Of a stretch of DNA of 64,000 nt, positions 48,430-58,644 are shown in pieces. The stretch is from Alphaproteobacteria bacterium. Lineage in GTDB: Bacteria > Pseudomonadota > Alphaproteobacteria > SHVV01. Location of the stretch: NCBI GenBank assembly GCA_965261735.1, contig OZ253470.1, forward strand, positions 4,064,001 to 4,128,000, written 5' to 3'. A model generated the notes under the pieces. It was not told the origin of the DNA and did not search any database. It saw only the letters and a list, made by a program, of their open reading frames with translations. A program made the translations under genes and the position numbers. The stretch's first letter is position 1. Every line of letters starts with the position of its first letter.

Positions 48430-49658
48430 GCCTGTCGGCGATGGTGCTTACCGCCCTCGGGGCGCTGCGCGTGAACGCGATGCGCAGCGCGCTCGCCATG
48501 CTCGGCATTATCATCGGCGTCGCCGCGGTCATCACCATGGTCGCCATCGGCGCCGGCGCGCAGGACCGTGTCGCCGCGCAGATCCAGAGCCTGGGCGCCA
48601 ACCTCATCATCGTCTTCAACGGCTCGGTGACATCGGGCGGAGCCCGCCTAGGGCGCGGGTCGGCGCCCCGGCTTACGGAGGGCGACGCTCAGGCGCTGGA
48701 GCAGGAGATCGCCGGCATCGAAGCGGTCGCGCCGACGCTGCGTGGCAACGTCCAGTTCGTGGCCGGCAATCTCAACTGGTCGGCGACCACGCAGGGCACG
48801 ACGCCGGGGTATCTGGTGGCCCGCGACTGGGACCTTGTGGCCGGCCGCGTGTTCACGGGCGAGGAAGCCCGCGGCGCCGCTAAGGTCGTCGTGATCGGGC
48901 AAACGGTGGTCGAGAACCTGTTCGCCGACGCCGACCCGATCGGCGCGACGGTGCGCCTCAGGAAGGTCCCGTTCACGGTCATCGGGGTGCTCGCGCGCAA
49001 AGGCCAGAATTCGTGGGGTCAGGATCAGGACGACTTCGCGATCATCCCGCTCTCGACCGCCCGTAAGCGCGTCATCGGCGCTTATCGTGGTCAGCCCGAC
49101 ACGGTGAGGTCGATCCTGGTCAAGGTATTTAACGCCGATCTCATGGCCGAGACGGAAAAGGAGATCGCCGGGTTGTTGCGTCAGCGCCATCGGATTCGGC
49201 CTGGGCAACCCGACGATTTCGTTGTCCGCAATCTCTCGGAACTAATGGCGGCGCGCGAGGCGTCGCAGCGCATCTTGGCGCTGCTGCTGGCCGCGGTGGC
49301 ATCGGTGTCGCTGGTCGTCGGCGGCATCGGCATCATGAACATCATGCTCGTCTCGGTGACGGAACGCACCCGCGAGATCGGCCTGCGGATGGCGGTGGGC
49401 GCGCGGCCGCGGGACATCCTGCGGCAATTCCTCATCGAGGCGGCGACGCTGTCTCTGATTGGCGGTTTGATCGGCGTTGCGCTCGGGCTCGCGGGCTCGG
49501 GGGCTATCGCCAAGCTCGCCGGATGGCCGGCCCTGGTGCAGCCCTCGGCGCTGGCACTGGCGTTCTTTTTCGCTGGAGGAGTCGGTGTCTTCTTCGGCTA
49601 CTACCCGGCGCGCAAGGCTGCCCGCCTCAACCCCATCGAAGCCCTGCGCTACGAATAG
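48426..49658 (+). CDS. MacB/FtsX-type ABC permease
   Basis: GGIGIMNIMLVSVTERTREIG; PIEALRYE. Confidence 0.95.
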   Translation: MSLSAMVLTALGALRVNAMRSALAMLGIIIGVAAVITMVAIGAGAQDRVAAQIQSLGANLIIVFNGSVTSGGARLGRGSAPRLTEGDAQALEQEIAGIEAVAPTLRGNVQFVAGNLNWSATTQGTTPGYLVARDWDLVAGRVFTGEEARGAAKVVVIGQTVVENLFADADPIGATVRLRKVPFTVIGVLARKGQNSWGQDQDDFAIIPLSTARKRVIGAYRGQPDTVRSILVKVFNADLMAETEKEIAGLLRQRHRIRPGQPDDFVVRNLSELMAAREASQRILALLLAAVASVSLVVGGIGIMNIMLVSVTERTREIGLRMAVGARPRDILRQFLIEAATLSLIGGLIGVALGLAGSGAIAKLAGWPALVQPSALALAFFFAGGVGVFFGYYPARKAARLNPIEALRYE

Positions 49659-49664
49659 GCACCC

Positions 49665-51080
49665 CTAGAGCGAGTTGAGAAAAGCGATCAGCGCGGCGCG
49701 CGCGGACGCCTCGAGGCCTGAAAAGCTCATCCTCGCCGCCTCGGCCTCGCCGCCATGCCACAGGATCGCCTCGCTCAAATTCCGCGCGCGCCCGTCGTGC
49801 AGGAAGAACGTGTGGCCGTTGACCGCGCCCACGAGTCCGATACCCCACAACGGCGGGGTGCGCCACTCGCGCCCGTTGGCCTCGAAGTCGGGGCGGCCGT
49901 CGGCAAGGCCATCGCCCATGTCGTGGAGCAGCAGGTCGGTGAACGGATGGATCGTCTGGCTCGCCAACTCCGGGAGTGCCGCGTCGGCACCCGTGGCCAG
50001 CGTCGGTACATGGCAGGCGGTGCAACCCGCCTCGAGAAAGAATTGCTCGCCACGGCGCACGTCGGGGTCGTCGACGTTGCGCCGAAGGGGCACTGCCAGT
50101 GTTCGCGTGTACAGAGTCAGCTGGTCGAGCGTGGCGTCGTCCATTTCCGGGCTGCCGCCGGTGGGGGCGGCGCGGCAATCGCCCTGCGCAGCCGGGCAGT
50201 TCTCGCCCGGAAAGAGCGAGGTGGTGATTCCCATGTCGCCCAGCGCCGCCGCCGCATTCTGATCCTCGAGCGTCGCGACGTTGGCCTTCCACCCGAAGCG
50301 GCCGAGCGCGAATGCCTCGCGACGAGCGCTCCACACCCGGTTGACGCGTCCGGAGATTCCGTCGCCGTCCGCGTCGCCGGGATCGGCGAGGGCGCGCATG
50401 AGACGCTCGGGAACCGCCTCGATGAGGCCGAGCCCAATCATCGCGGGCGCCACGCGGGCCGATGCCATGACGTCCGCCGGCAACGACCCGAAGGCAAGAT
50501 CGGCGAACACCACACGCGGCCTGCGCAAGTTGAAGGACTCCCCGTCCGCAAGGCGTCCCGCCATCTCATCGTAGACGATCACCGCTCGCCCTTCCGGCCT
50601 CACCCCCAGGATGGCGCGATCGTTGAGCTGGTCGCCGTAGCCCGGCACCGGCTGGGGACCTCCGTGTGGGCTAGTCCCGCCGGCACTCAGGCGCACCAGC
50701 ATGGATCGCATGCGCGCATCGGTAGTGGCCGGCGGCCGGCCGCGGCCGTCGTGCTCGTGGCACGTCTTGCACGCGGCCTGGTTGAACGTGGGGCCGAGGC
50801 CGTCGAAGGCGTTGCGCGCCGAGGGCGCAATGACCCAGTTGGTGTTGAATACCCGGTTGCCGAACCGGAAGGCCGCTTGGTGGTCAGGTCGCAGGTTGGC
50901 GGCGGGATGGGTGAACGCCATGTTCCCGCTCGCCGCTACGCTCGTGCTGCCACCAAGTGCGGCGCCGACGGGTATCTCGGCGCCCGCGTGCGGCGTCACG
51001 ACTCCGGCGAGCCCGAGCACCACCGCAACGATCATCGCGCGCGCGAGCGCACCCGCCAGGCGCGCGGCTGGATCAGCCAT
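49665..51080 (-). CDS. Di-heme oxidoreductase (DHOR) family, exported
   Basis: CKTCH and CTACH heme motifs; GRFGWKA, DLLLHDMG, WRTPPLWG, HDGRAR; start uncertain (51080 or 51035). Confidence 0.9.
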   Translation of the reverse strand: MADPAARLAGALARAMIVAVVLGLAGVVTPHAGAEIPVGAALGGSTSVAASGNMAFTHPAANLRPDHQAAFRFGNRVFNTNWVIAPSARNAFDGLGPTFNQAACKTCHEHDGRGRPPATTDARMRSMLVRLSAGGTSPHGGPQPVPGYGDQLNDRAILGVRPEGRAVIVYDEMAGRLADGESFNLRRPRVVFADLAFGSLPADVMASARVAPAMIGLGLIEAVPERLMRALADPGDADGDGISGRVNRVWSARREAFALGRFGWKANVATLEDQNAAAALGDMGITTSLFPGENCPAAQGDCRAAPTGGSPEMDDATLDQLTLYTRTLAVPLRRNVDDPDVRRGEQFFLEAGCTACHVPTLATGADAALPELASQTIHPFTDLLLHDMGDGLADGRPDFEANGREWRTPPLWGIGLVGAVNGHTFFLHDGRARNLSEAILWHGGEAEAARMSFSGLEASARAALIAFLNSL

Positions 51081-51092
51081 GACGCCGGACCC

Positions 51093-51098
51093 TATAAT
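51093..51098 (+). promoter_or_regulatory. Consensus -10 box, possibly a leaderless otsB promoter
   Basis: TATAAT followed 7 nt later by the in-frame ATG at 51106; no SD sequence. Confidence 0.45.
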
Positions 51099-51105
51099 CG
51101 AGCGA

Positions 51106-51987
51106 ATGAAAGCGGCACGCCCGCGCCGGCCCGCTCGGCCTTCGCCCCCACCTTCCGTTGCCGAAGCTGCGCGCGACGAGTTGTCCGCGCCCGATCTTCC
51201 CTCCGCGCTTGAGCGCTTCGACGACATCGCCTCGCGGGCACAGGCGAAGACCGTGGTTGTCTTCCTCGACTACGACGGCACCCTGGCGCCGATTGCCGAT
51301 CGCCCCGAGCTCGCTCGTTTGGCGCCGGACATGCGGGCCACAGTCGAGGAGCTGGCCAAGCACTGTACCGTGGCCGTCGTCAGCGGCCGCGATCTCGCCG
51401 ACATCCGCAAGCTCATTCGTATCGACGGCTTGTTCTATGCCGGCGGCCACGGCTTCGACATCGCCGATCCGGTAGCGCGTAAGAGCGCCGCGCGGCGCCG
51501 GCTTACCTACGCCCCCATATTGCGCCGCGCCGCCCGCGACTTGCGCTCGCGCTTGCGCCTCGTCGAGGGCGCCCTGATCGAAGCCAAGAAGTTCTCGGTG
51601 GCCGTGCACTATCGCCTGACCCCCGGTTCGGCGGGTGCTCTCGTTGAGGCGGCGGTCGACGAGGTCCTCGAGCGCCACCCGGAACTGCGCAAACGGCACG
51701 GCAAGAAGGTACTCGAGCTGCAGCCCGCCATCGACTGGGACAAGGGCAAGGCGACCCTGTGGATGCTCGAAGCCTTCGCACTCGGTGGCGACGACGTCCT
51801 TCCCTTCTTCATCGGCGACGACGTGACCGACGAAGACGCATTCGCGGCGCTGGCGGGGCACGGCGTCGGCGTTGCGGTCGGCTTCCGGCTGCACCCCACG
51901 GCCGCCTCGTACACGCTGGCCGATCCCAGTGAGGTCAAGATCTTCCTCCAAAAGCTGACACAGGTCGTCAGCGGACGCGGTGACTGA
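51106..51987 (+). CDS. otsB: Trehalose-6-phosphate phosphatase
   Basis: [28 protein letters not shown]. Confidence 0.92.
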   Translation: MKAARPRRPARPSPPPSVAEAARDELSAPDLPSALERFDDIASRAQAKTVVVFLDYDGTLAPIADRPELARLAPDMRATVEELAKHCTVAVVSGRDLADIRKLIRIDGLFYAGGHGFDIADPVARKSAARRRLTYAPILRRAARDLRSRLRLVEGALIEAKKFSVAVHYRLTPGSAGALVEAAVDEVLERHPELRKRHGKKVLELQPAIDWDKGKATLWMLEAFALGGDDVLPFFIGDDVTDEDAFAALAGHGVGVAVGFRLHPTAASYTLADPSEVKIFLQKLTQVVSGRGD

Positions 51988-52031
51988 CGGGGGCACTTGG
52001 TCCTCGGCGCCCGGCGCTCCAGAGTGTCATG

Positions 52032-53114
52032 CTAGTGGATTGATTCCAACGTTTGGAACCCTCTGTTTCGTGCGGCGATGATATGATCGGGGTCGGCTTT
52101 CCAGATGAAGGGTTTTGGGTTTGCGTCATTGTATTCGCGGACAAATCGGTTGATGGCGTCCTGAAGGTCGACGACGGATTGGAAGACGCCGTATTTGAGC
52201 CTGCGCCGCGTTAGTTTGGCGAAGAAGCCCTCGACGGCATTGAGCCACGAGCACGAGGTTGGCGTGAAGTGGAAGGTCCAGCGTGGATGGCGGGCGAGCC
52301 AGGCGCGGACCTTGTCCTTCTTGTGCGCGGCGTAGTTGTCGAGGATGACGTGGACGGCCTTGTCCGTCGGCACCTCGCGCTCGATGCGGTTGAGGAAGCG
52401 GATGAACTCCTGATGGCGGTGGCGCTGCATGTTCTGTGCGATGACCGTACCGTCCAGCACGTTGAGCGCGGCGAACAGCGTCGTCGTGCCATGCCGTTTG
52501 TAATCATAGGTCATCGTACCGGCGCGGCCCTTCTTCATCGGCAAGCCGGGTTGGGTGCGGTCGAGCGCCTGGATCTGTGATTTCTCATCAACCGACAGCA
52601 CCACGGCATGGGCCGGCGGATCGACATACAAGCCGACGATATCTGTGAGCTTCTCGGCGAAGGCGGGATCATTGGAGAGCTTGAAGTGCCGCCAGCGGTG
52701 CGGGCTGAGGCCATGGGCCTTCCAGATCGCTTGGACCGTCGACGCCGCGACGCCAGCAACCTTCGCCATCGCGCGCAGCGTCCAGTGGGTCGCCTCGTGC
52801 GGCGGCGCTTGCTGGGTCAGGCGGACGATCTCGGCGACGCGCTCCGGCGGGATCGGCGCTTTGCCAGGCGGACGGGACCTGTCGCGAAGCAAGCCGTTGA
52901 CACCCTCGTGCATGAACCGCTCCTGCCAGCGCCAGACACAGGTCTTGGACTTGCCGGTCTCGGCCATGATCGACGAGTTCCCGAGCCCCTCGTCGCTCTT
53001 CAGGATGATCCGCGCCCGCCAGACATGTTTCTGCGAGCTCTTCGGGTCCGCGACGATAGCTTGCAATCGCTGACGGTCGCCAGACGTGACAGTAAAATGG
53101 ATGCCGGTGCGCAT
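52032..53114 (-). CDS. IS630 transposase
   Basis: Protein identical to copy 1 except A>D (LQDAINRF). Confidence 0.96.
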   Translation of the reverse strand: MRTGIHFTVTSGDRQRLQAIVADPKSSQKHVWRARIILKSDEGLGNSSIMAETGKSKTCVWRWQERFMHEGVNGLLRDRSRPPGKAPIPPERVAEIVRLTQQAPPHEATHWTLRAMAKVAGVAASTVQAIWKAHGLSPHRWRHFKLSNDPAFAEKLTDIVGLYVDPPAHAVVLSVDEKSQIQALDRTQPGLPMKKGRAGTMTYDYKRHGTTTLFAALNVLDGTVIAQNMQRHRHQEFIRFLNRIEREVPTDKAVHVILDNYAAHKKDKVRAWLARHPRWTFHFTPTSCSWLNAVEGFFAKLTRRRLKYGVFQSVVDLQDAINRFVREYNDANPKPFIWKADPDHIIAARNRGFQTLESIH

Positions 53115-53186
53115 AGCACAGACTCGCATGACACCGCACAATACGGAATCTCAAATCGGACTCTTTCGTTCCGATCAATCCACTAG
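52032..53186 (-). mobile_element. IS630-family insertion sequence, copy 2 (inverted)
   Basis: Same 1155-bp CTAG-to-CTAG span as copy 1; target site CATG-CTAG-CATG. Confidence 0.96.
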
Positions 53187-53244
53187 CATGCGCCCTCCAT
53201 TGACACGGCTCGCGTTGCGCGTGGGGCGCCACGCGTGAGGGTTG

Positions 53245-54117
53245 ATGCAAGTCCCGCGAATGCTCCTTAACTTGGATCATGAGGCCGGGTGCGCCGCAAA
53301 GGCGTCGTCGCGTCGAGCGCGGCTTGGGTCTCTCGCCGCGTTGATCTTCGCGGCCTGCCTGGCCTCTCCCGCCGCGGCGATCGACCTCGACCTTGTCCCC
53401 ATAGCGCGGGATGCGTTCACGATGGGCGACGCCGCCGGCGACGCTAATGAAGCGCCCCATCGCGTTACGGTGATGCCCTTCCGCCTCATGCGCAACGAGG
53501 TGACGAACCGCCTGTTCGCGGCCTTCGTCGCGGCCACGGGCCATCGCACTCACGCCGAGCGAGGTGGCTCCGGCTATGTCTGGGACGGGCGTTGGCGGCA
53601 GGCGGCGGCGAACTGGCGGCGCCCGGACGGCGCCTTGTCGATCGACGGCCTCGACGACCACCCGGTGGTCCAGGTCTCGGCCCGAGATGCCTCGGCGTTC
53701 TGCCGCTGGCAGGGCCTGCGACTACCGACGGAGGAGGAGTGGGAGTTCGCGGCCCGCGGGCCGCGAAGCCTGCGCTACCCCTGGGGTGATGAGCGGCCGA
53801 CGAATGCGACGGTCCGCCGCGCCAACTTCGGAACGATACCCTGCTGCGCGCCCGACGCGTCGGACGGCTTTGCCCGCACCGCCCCGATCGGCCGCTACCC
53901 CCGGGGCGCCTCGCCCTTCGGCCTCCTCGACATGGCGGGCAATGTCTGGGAGTGGACGGCGAGTCGATTCGCCGATAACCCCGGTCTCGTCGTGCTGAAG
54001 GGCGGCGGTTGGGGTAACAACCCCTATTGCCTGCGTGCCGCCTACCGCCACGGCAATCCGCCGGACATCGGCCTCGATATGGTCGGCTTCCGCTGCGCCG
54101 GGGATGCGCTGCCCTAG
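53245..54117 (+). CDS. SUMF1/formylglycine-generating enzyme domain protein, exported
   Basis: EVTN, HPVVQVS, RLPTEEEWEFAARG, DMAGNVWEW, GFRC; signal peptide. Confidence 0.92.
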   Translation: MQVPRMLLNLDHEAGCAAKASSRRARLGSLAALIFAACLASPAAAIDLDLVPIARDAFTMGDAAGDANEAPHRVTVMPFRLMRNEVTNRLFAAFVAATGHRTHAERGGSGYVWDGRWRQAAANWRRPDGALSIDGLDDHPVVQVSARDASAFCRWQGLRLPTEEEWEFAARGPRSLRYPWGDERPTNATVRRANFGTIPCCAPDASDGFARTAPIGRYPRGASPFGLLDMAGNVWEWTASRFADNPGLVVLKGGGWGNNPYCLRAAYRHGNPPDIGLDMVGFRCAGDALP

Positions 54118-54142
54118 TCGTGGGCGCACCGATCGAGCCGTA

Positions 54143-55786
54143 TCACAGCGCCGATCTCGCCGCCCACCAGGCCCGCCACGCCGCCAGATCGTAGCCGAAG
54201 CGTTGGCCGGTGATGGCGGTCAACGCGCCGATCCGATCACCGTCGAGCCATCCCGGATCGCCGGGCCGCCCAAGCGTCGAGACGAGCGGTTGAAGCGTCG
54301 CGTCGTCGCTCTGGCCCAGGCGGGCTGCCGCCCACATGGCCATGGGCCCGGCCTCGAGATACTTTTCGGCCCGGTTCGCCGGTAGCGTCCACGGCGCCGC
54401 CAGCCATTCCGGCGCCACCCGTCCGTGGCCGTTGAAGGCCAAGGACCACAGCAGGTACCAGCTCTTGAAGGTTGTCGCCGTCACGCGCAGAGCCCCGCCG
54501 AACAACGCGATCGGGGTCTCATCCGGCGGCGCTTGGAGCCGCGTTGCGAGGGCGGTGCCCGCCGCGCGGCTGCCGTGCCGGGCGAGCGGTCGGAGCGCGC
54601 GGCGTAGTGCGTCGCCGTGGCCCGTGAGCGATCCCTCTAGAGCCCGGTCGAGCGCGGCAAGGGCGGGGTCGATTTCGGCGAGCGGGTGCCACGGCGAGGG
54701 CAGGGCCGGCGGTGCAACCGGCGGACCTGCTGGGGCCGGAGCACTCGGACCCCAGAGGGCGCCGCCATCGGGCCCGATAGTGCCGACATAGACGCGGCCC
54801 CCATGTATGGCGACGTCCGCCGGCTCGGCGCTCGTAAAGGCGAACTCCTGGCCCCAGTCGAGGCCGTTCGCGCTCGACCACAGGGTGCCGCCACCGCGGC
54901 GGTTGGTGATCGCGTAGAGGCGCTCGGGCGCGGCCGCGAACCCGCGCACCCGCAGGCCGTCAAAAGCGGCAATCGGCTCCGCCGCTTTTCCGTTTGTCCG
55001 CCATACCCTGCTGCCGCCGGCGGTGTGGTTGATGCCGTAGAGCCGGTCGCGATAAGGCGTCACTCCGGTCGTCGCGCGCCCCGGCGGCCAGGCTTCGATC
55101 GGGGCGGCGCCCTCCGCCGACAATCGGAACAGCTTGACGCCTTCCTCTCGCCACGCGGTGAGGGCCGCGAACACCTCGTCGCCGAGCCGCGCCAACTCGG
55201 TGAAGCGGTTCACCGTCCGGGGCGGCGAGGGGTATTCGTACAGGAGGCGCCAGCTGTGGCCGCCATCGTCCGAGCGCTGAAGGCCGCCGCGCCAGGCCGA
55301 GGTCGCCGCGAACAGTGTGCCACGATGGCCGAGCATCGCGTGGATGTGAAAGACTTGCCGCTCGGGTAGGAGATGCCAGGCCCAATCCCGCCCGTCGGTG
55401 ACCATGAACTCGCCACGCCCGGCGGACGATCGGGCGTCCTCGAACGGCCAGTACAGGAGCCCCTCGGCGACCGCCGGAAGCCCGGCGTTCTGGCTGAACA
55501 GGTGGGCCTCGTAGCGCGCCCGGCCGGTCCGCGGATCATAAGAGTAGACGTCTGCGGAGTTGTGGTTGACGAACAGTTCCGCGTTGACGAACCACAGCCG
55601 CTCGCCGTAGCCGACCAGCCCGGAGACCGCGGTCCATGGGCCGGGCCTCGCGAGCACCACCAGTTCCTCGGCGCGGCTGCCGAGTGCGCCTGCGAGCGAG
55701 CAAGCCAAAAGGACACAGGCAAAGAGGAGGCGCTTGGGCACGGCGGAGGGGCCTCGCGATGGGTACGGCGCGAGCGACGATATCAC
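54143..55786 (-). CDS. Secreted hypothetical protein (beta-propeller plus helical C-terminus)
   Basis: Signal-peptide-like N-terminus; SDDGGHSW and SANGLDW Asp-box motifs; C-terminal [17 protein letters not shown]. Confidence 0.7.
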   Translation of the reverse strand: MISSLAPYPSRGPSAVPKRLLFACVLLACSLAGALGSRAEELVVLARPGPWTAVSGLVGYGERLWFVNAELFVNHNSADVYSYDPRTGRARYEAHLFSQNAGLPAVAEGLLYWPFEDARSSAGRGEFMVTDGRDWAWHLLPERQVFHIHAMLGHRGTLFAATSAWRGGLQRSDDGGHSWRLLYEYPSPPRTVNRFTELARLGDEVFAALTAWREEGVKLFRLSAEGAAPIEAWPPGRATTGVTPYRDRLYGINHTAGGSRVWRTNGKAAEPIAAFDGLRVRGFAAAPERLYAITNRRGGGTLWSSANGLDWGQEFAFTSAEPADVAIHGGRVYVGTIGPDGGALWGPSAPAPAGPPVAPPALPSPWHPLAEIDPALAALDRALEGSLTGHGDALRRALRPLARHGSRAAGTALATRLQAPPDETPIALFGGALRVTATTFKSWYLLWSLAFNGHGRVAPEWLAAPWTLPANRAEKYLEAGPMAMWAAARLGQSDDATLQPLVSTLGRPGDPGWLDGDRIGALTAITGQRFGYDLAAWRAWWAARSAL

Positions 55787-55914
55787 TGGCTTTGGGGCGC
55801 GGAGTCGCAGCGTCTGCGCGCGGGCGCATCACAATCGCGCGAGAGACGTGTTACCATGGCGGCTTGCGGCCCGGCGGGTGCGTCGGGCCGAATCGTTTCG
55901 CCCGGATGCTCTGC

Positions 55915-56853
55915 ATGAAAACGAAGGTCGCGATCATCGGCTCGGGCAATATCGGGACCGACCTGATGATCAAGATCATGCGGACCTCGGAGTCGCTCGA
56001 GGTAGCGGCTCTGATCGGCATCGATCCGCAATCCGATGGCCTCGCGATGGCGGGCCGCCTCGGCGTCGCGACCATCCACGACGGCATCGAGGGGGCCCTC
56101 GCGCTGCCCGAGTTTGGCGAGGCCCGGATCGTTTTCGATGCGACCTCGGCCAAGGCCCATTCCCACCACGACGAGGTATGCCGCCGCCTCGGCAAGCAGA
56201 TGATCGACCTAACACCGGCGGCGGTCGGCCCCTACGTCGTGCCTGTGGTCAACATGACCGAGCATTTCGGCACCGCGAACCTCAATATGGTGAGCTGCGG
56301 GGGTCAGGCGACGATACCGATGGTGGCGGCGGTGGGCCGGGTTGCCGACCGCGTGCCCTATGCCGAGATCGTCTCCTCGATCTCCTCGCGCTCGGCCGGC
56401 CCGGGCACCCGCGCCAACATCGACGAGTTCACCGAGACCACCGCGCGCGGGATCGAGACGGTCGGCGGCAGCGAACGCGGTAAGGCGATCATCATCCTCA
56501 ACCCGGCCGATCCGCCCCTCGTCATGCGCAACACGGTGTTCACGCTGAGCGAAGGGGCGGAGCCCGATGCCATCGAGGAGTCGGTGGAGCGCATGGTCGA
56601 GGAGGTTCAGAGCTACGTCCCGCGCTACCGGCTGAAGCAGAAGGTCCAGTTCGAGCGCGTTGGCGACAATCAGCCGCTGCAGATCCCGGGCCTCGGCGAG
56701 TTCACCGGCGTCAAGTCCTCGATCTTTCTCGAGGTCGAGGGCGCCGGCCACTACCTGCCGAGCTGGGCGGGCAATCTCGACATCATGACCTCGGCGGCGC
56801 TCAAAACGGCGGAGCGCTACGTCGAGATGAAGCTCGCCGAGAGTCCATCATGA
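55915..56853 (+). CDS. dmpF: Acetaldehyde dehydrogenase (acylating)
   Basis: [36 protein letters not shown]. Confidence 0.96.
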   Translation: MKTKVAIIGSGNIGTDLMIKIMRTSESLEVAALIGIDPQSDGLAMAGRLGVATIHDGIEGALALPEFGEARIVFDATSAKAHSHHDEVCRRLGKQMIDLTPAAVGPYVVPVVNMTEHFGTANLNMVSCGGQATIPMVAAVGRVADRVPYAEIVSSISSRSAGPGTRANIDEFTETTARGIETVGGSERGKAIIILNPADPPLVMRNTVFTLSEGAEPDAIEESVERMVEEVQSYVPRYRLKQKVQFERVGDNQPLQIPGLGEFTGVKSSIFLEVEGAGHYLPSWAGNLDIMTSAALKTAERYVEMKLAESPS

Positions 56854-57872
56854 CCGGGAAGCTCTATATCCAGGACGTGACCCTGCGCGATGGCATGCAC
56901 GCCATCCGCCACCGCTACGACCTCGATCGCGTCGTCGCCATCGCCGAGGCGCTCGACGAGGCGCGCGTCGATGCCATCGAAATCTCTCACGGCGACGGTC
57001 TAGCGGGCGCGAGCTTCAACTATGGATTCGGCAACCACACCGACCGCGAATGGATTGGCGCGGTAGCCGACGCGGTCAGCCGCGCGCGGATCGCCGTACT
57101 GCTGCTGCCGGGAATTGGCACGGTCGAGGACCTCGAGGCCGCCTACGAAGTCGGTGCCCGCTCCGTGCGTATCGCGACCCACTGCACCGAGGCCGACATC
57201 TCGAAGCAACATATCGAAGCGGCGCGCGGCCTGGGCATGGATACGGTGGGCTTCCTCATGATGGCGCACATGATCGAGGCGGAGGAGCTGGCTGCGCAGG
57301 CAAGGCTGATGGAGTCCTATGGCGCCCACTGCGTCTATATCGTCGATTCCGCCGGCGCCCTCATGATGGAGGGAACTTCTAGTAGAATAAAAGCGTTGCG
57401 TGACGCACTTAAACCGGAGACTGAAGTTGGTATCCACTGCCACCACAACCTCTCCCTCGGTATCGCCAACTCGCTCGCCGGCATCGAGCAGGGTGCAACG
57501 CGCGTCGACGCCTCGCTCACCGGCATGGGTGCCGGCGCCGGGAATGCGCCGCTCGAGATCCTGATTGCCGTGCTCGACCGACTTGGGCTCAACCCAGGTT
57601 GTGATCTGTTCAAGCTGATGGACGCGGCCGAGACGCTGGTGCGGCCTCTGCAGGACCGGCCAGTGCGGGTCGATCGCGAGTCGCTCTCGCTCGGCTACGC
57701 CGGCGTGTATTCGAGCTTTCTGCGCCATGCCGAGACAGCGTCCAAGACCTACGGCGTCGATACCCGCGACATTCTCGTCGAGCTCGGCCGGCGGCGCATG
57801 GTGGGCGGCCAGGAGGACATGATCGTTGACGTGGCCCTCGACCTGGCTAACCAGGGCAAGGCCGGCGGGTAA
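56850..57872 (+). CDS. dmpG: 4-hydroxy-2-oxovalerate aldolase
   Basis: [33 protein letters not shown]. Confidence 0.96.
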   Translation: MTGKLYIQDVTLRDGMHAIRHRYDLDRVVAIAEALDEARVDAIEISHGDGLAGASFNYGFGNHTDREWIGAVADAVSRARIAVLLLPGIGTVEDLEAAYEVGARSVRIATHCTEADISKQHIEAARGLGMDTVGFLMMAHMIEAEELAAQARLMESYGAHCVYIVDSAGALMMEGTSSRIKALRDALKPETEVGIHCHHNLSLGIANSLAGIEQGATRVDASLTGMGAGAGNAPLEILIAVLDRLGLNPGCDLFKLMDAAETLVRPLQDRPVRVDRESLSLGYAGVYSSFLRHAETASKTYGVDTRDILVELGRRRMVGGQEDMIVDVALDLANQGKAGG

Positions 57873-57888
57873 GGGCGCGCCAAGCACG

Positions 57889-58599
57889 ATGCCCGTGACC
57901 CGCCGCACGCCAGATCCGTGGTTCGAGAAGGGACTCCGGCGCGAGGACATCACCGAGGAGCGCTTTGCGAGGATCGCCGCGGAGGCGGCGCGCGTCGGCG
58001 GCTTCACGGCGCTCGACTTCGAGACCCGGGAGGCGAGCCGGCGGGCCGTTCTGGCACAGACCCAGCCGGGCGATGACGTGTGGGTCTTCGCGTACGGCTC
58101 ACTGATGTGGAACCCGGCTTTCCACTGCCGGGAGCGGCGCGCCGGCCGCATTTACGGCTATCACCGGAGCTTCTGCTTATGGACCCCCCTGGGACGCGGC
58201 TCGCCCGACTGCCCGGGCCTGGTGCTCGGGCTCGATCGCGGCGGCTCGTGTCACGGCGTGGCCCTGCGCATCGCGGCCAGCGAGGTCGAGAGTGAGACCC
58301 AGATCATATGGCGGCGCGAAATGCTCGCCGGCACCTACACGCCGCGCTGGGTGAACGTCAGCACCGGGTCGAGGGGGCTGCGCGCCATCGCCTTCGTCAT
58401 CAATCCCTCGCACCCGCGATACGGCCGCAAGCTCACGCTCGAAACCACGGTGCGCGCCATCGCCGAGGCCGAGGGCCAACTCGGCCGCTGCTGCGACTAC
58501 TTGTTCAGCACCGTCCGCCATCTCGACGAGCTCGATATCCGTGACGGGCCGATGCACCGTCTGCGCGACCTCGTCGAGGCGCACGTACCGGAGCGCTAG
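57889..58599 (+). CDS. ChaC-family gamma-glutamylcyclotransferase
   Basis: WVFAYGSLMWNP, RGSPDCPGLVLGL, WRREM. Confidence 0.92.
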   Translation: MPVTRRTPDPWFEKGLRREDITEERFARIAAEAARVGGFTALDFETREASRRAVLAQTQPGDDVWVFAYGSLMWNPAFHCRERRAGRIYGYHRSFCLWTPLGRGSPDCPGLVLGLDRGGSCHGVALRIAASEVESETQIIWRREMLAGTYTPRWVNVSTGSRGLRAIAFVINPSHPRYGRKLTLETTVRAIAEAEGQLGRCCDYLFSTVRHLDELDIRDGPMHRLRDLVEAHVPER

Positions 58600-58644
58600 G
58601 CGTGAGCCGCGGCGGGGAAGGGCGTGCGCACCGCCCTTGCCCGT

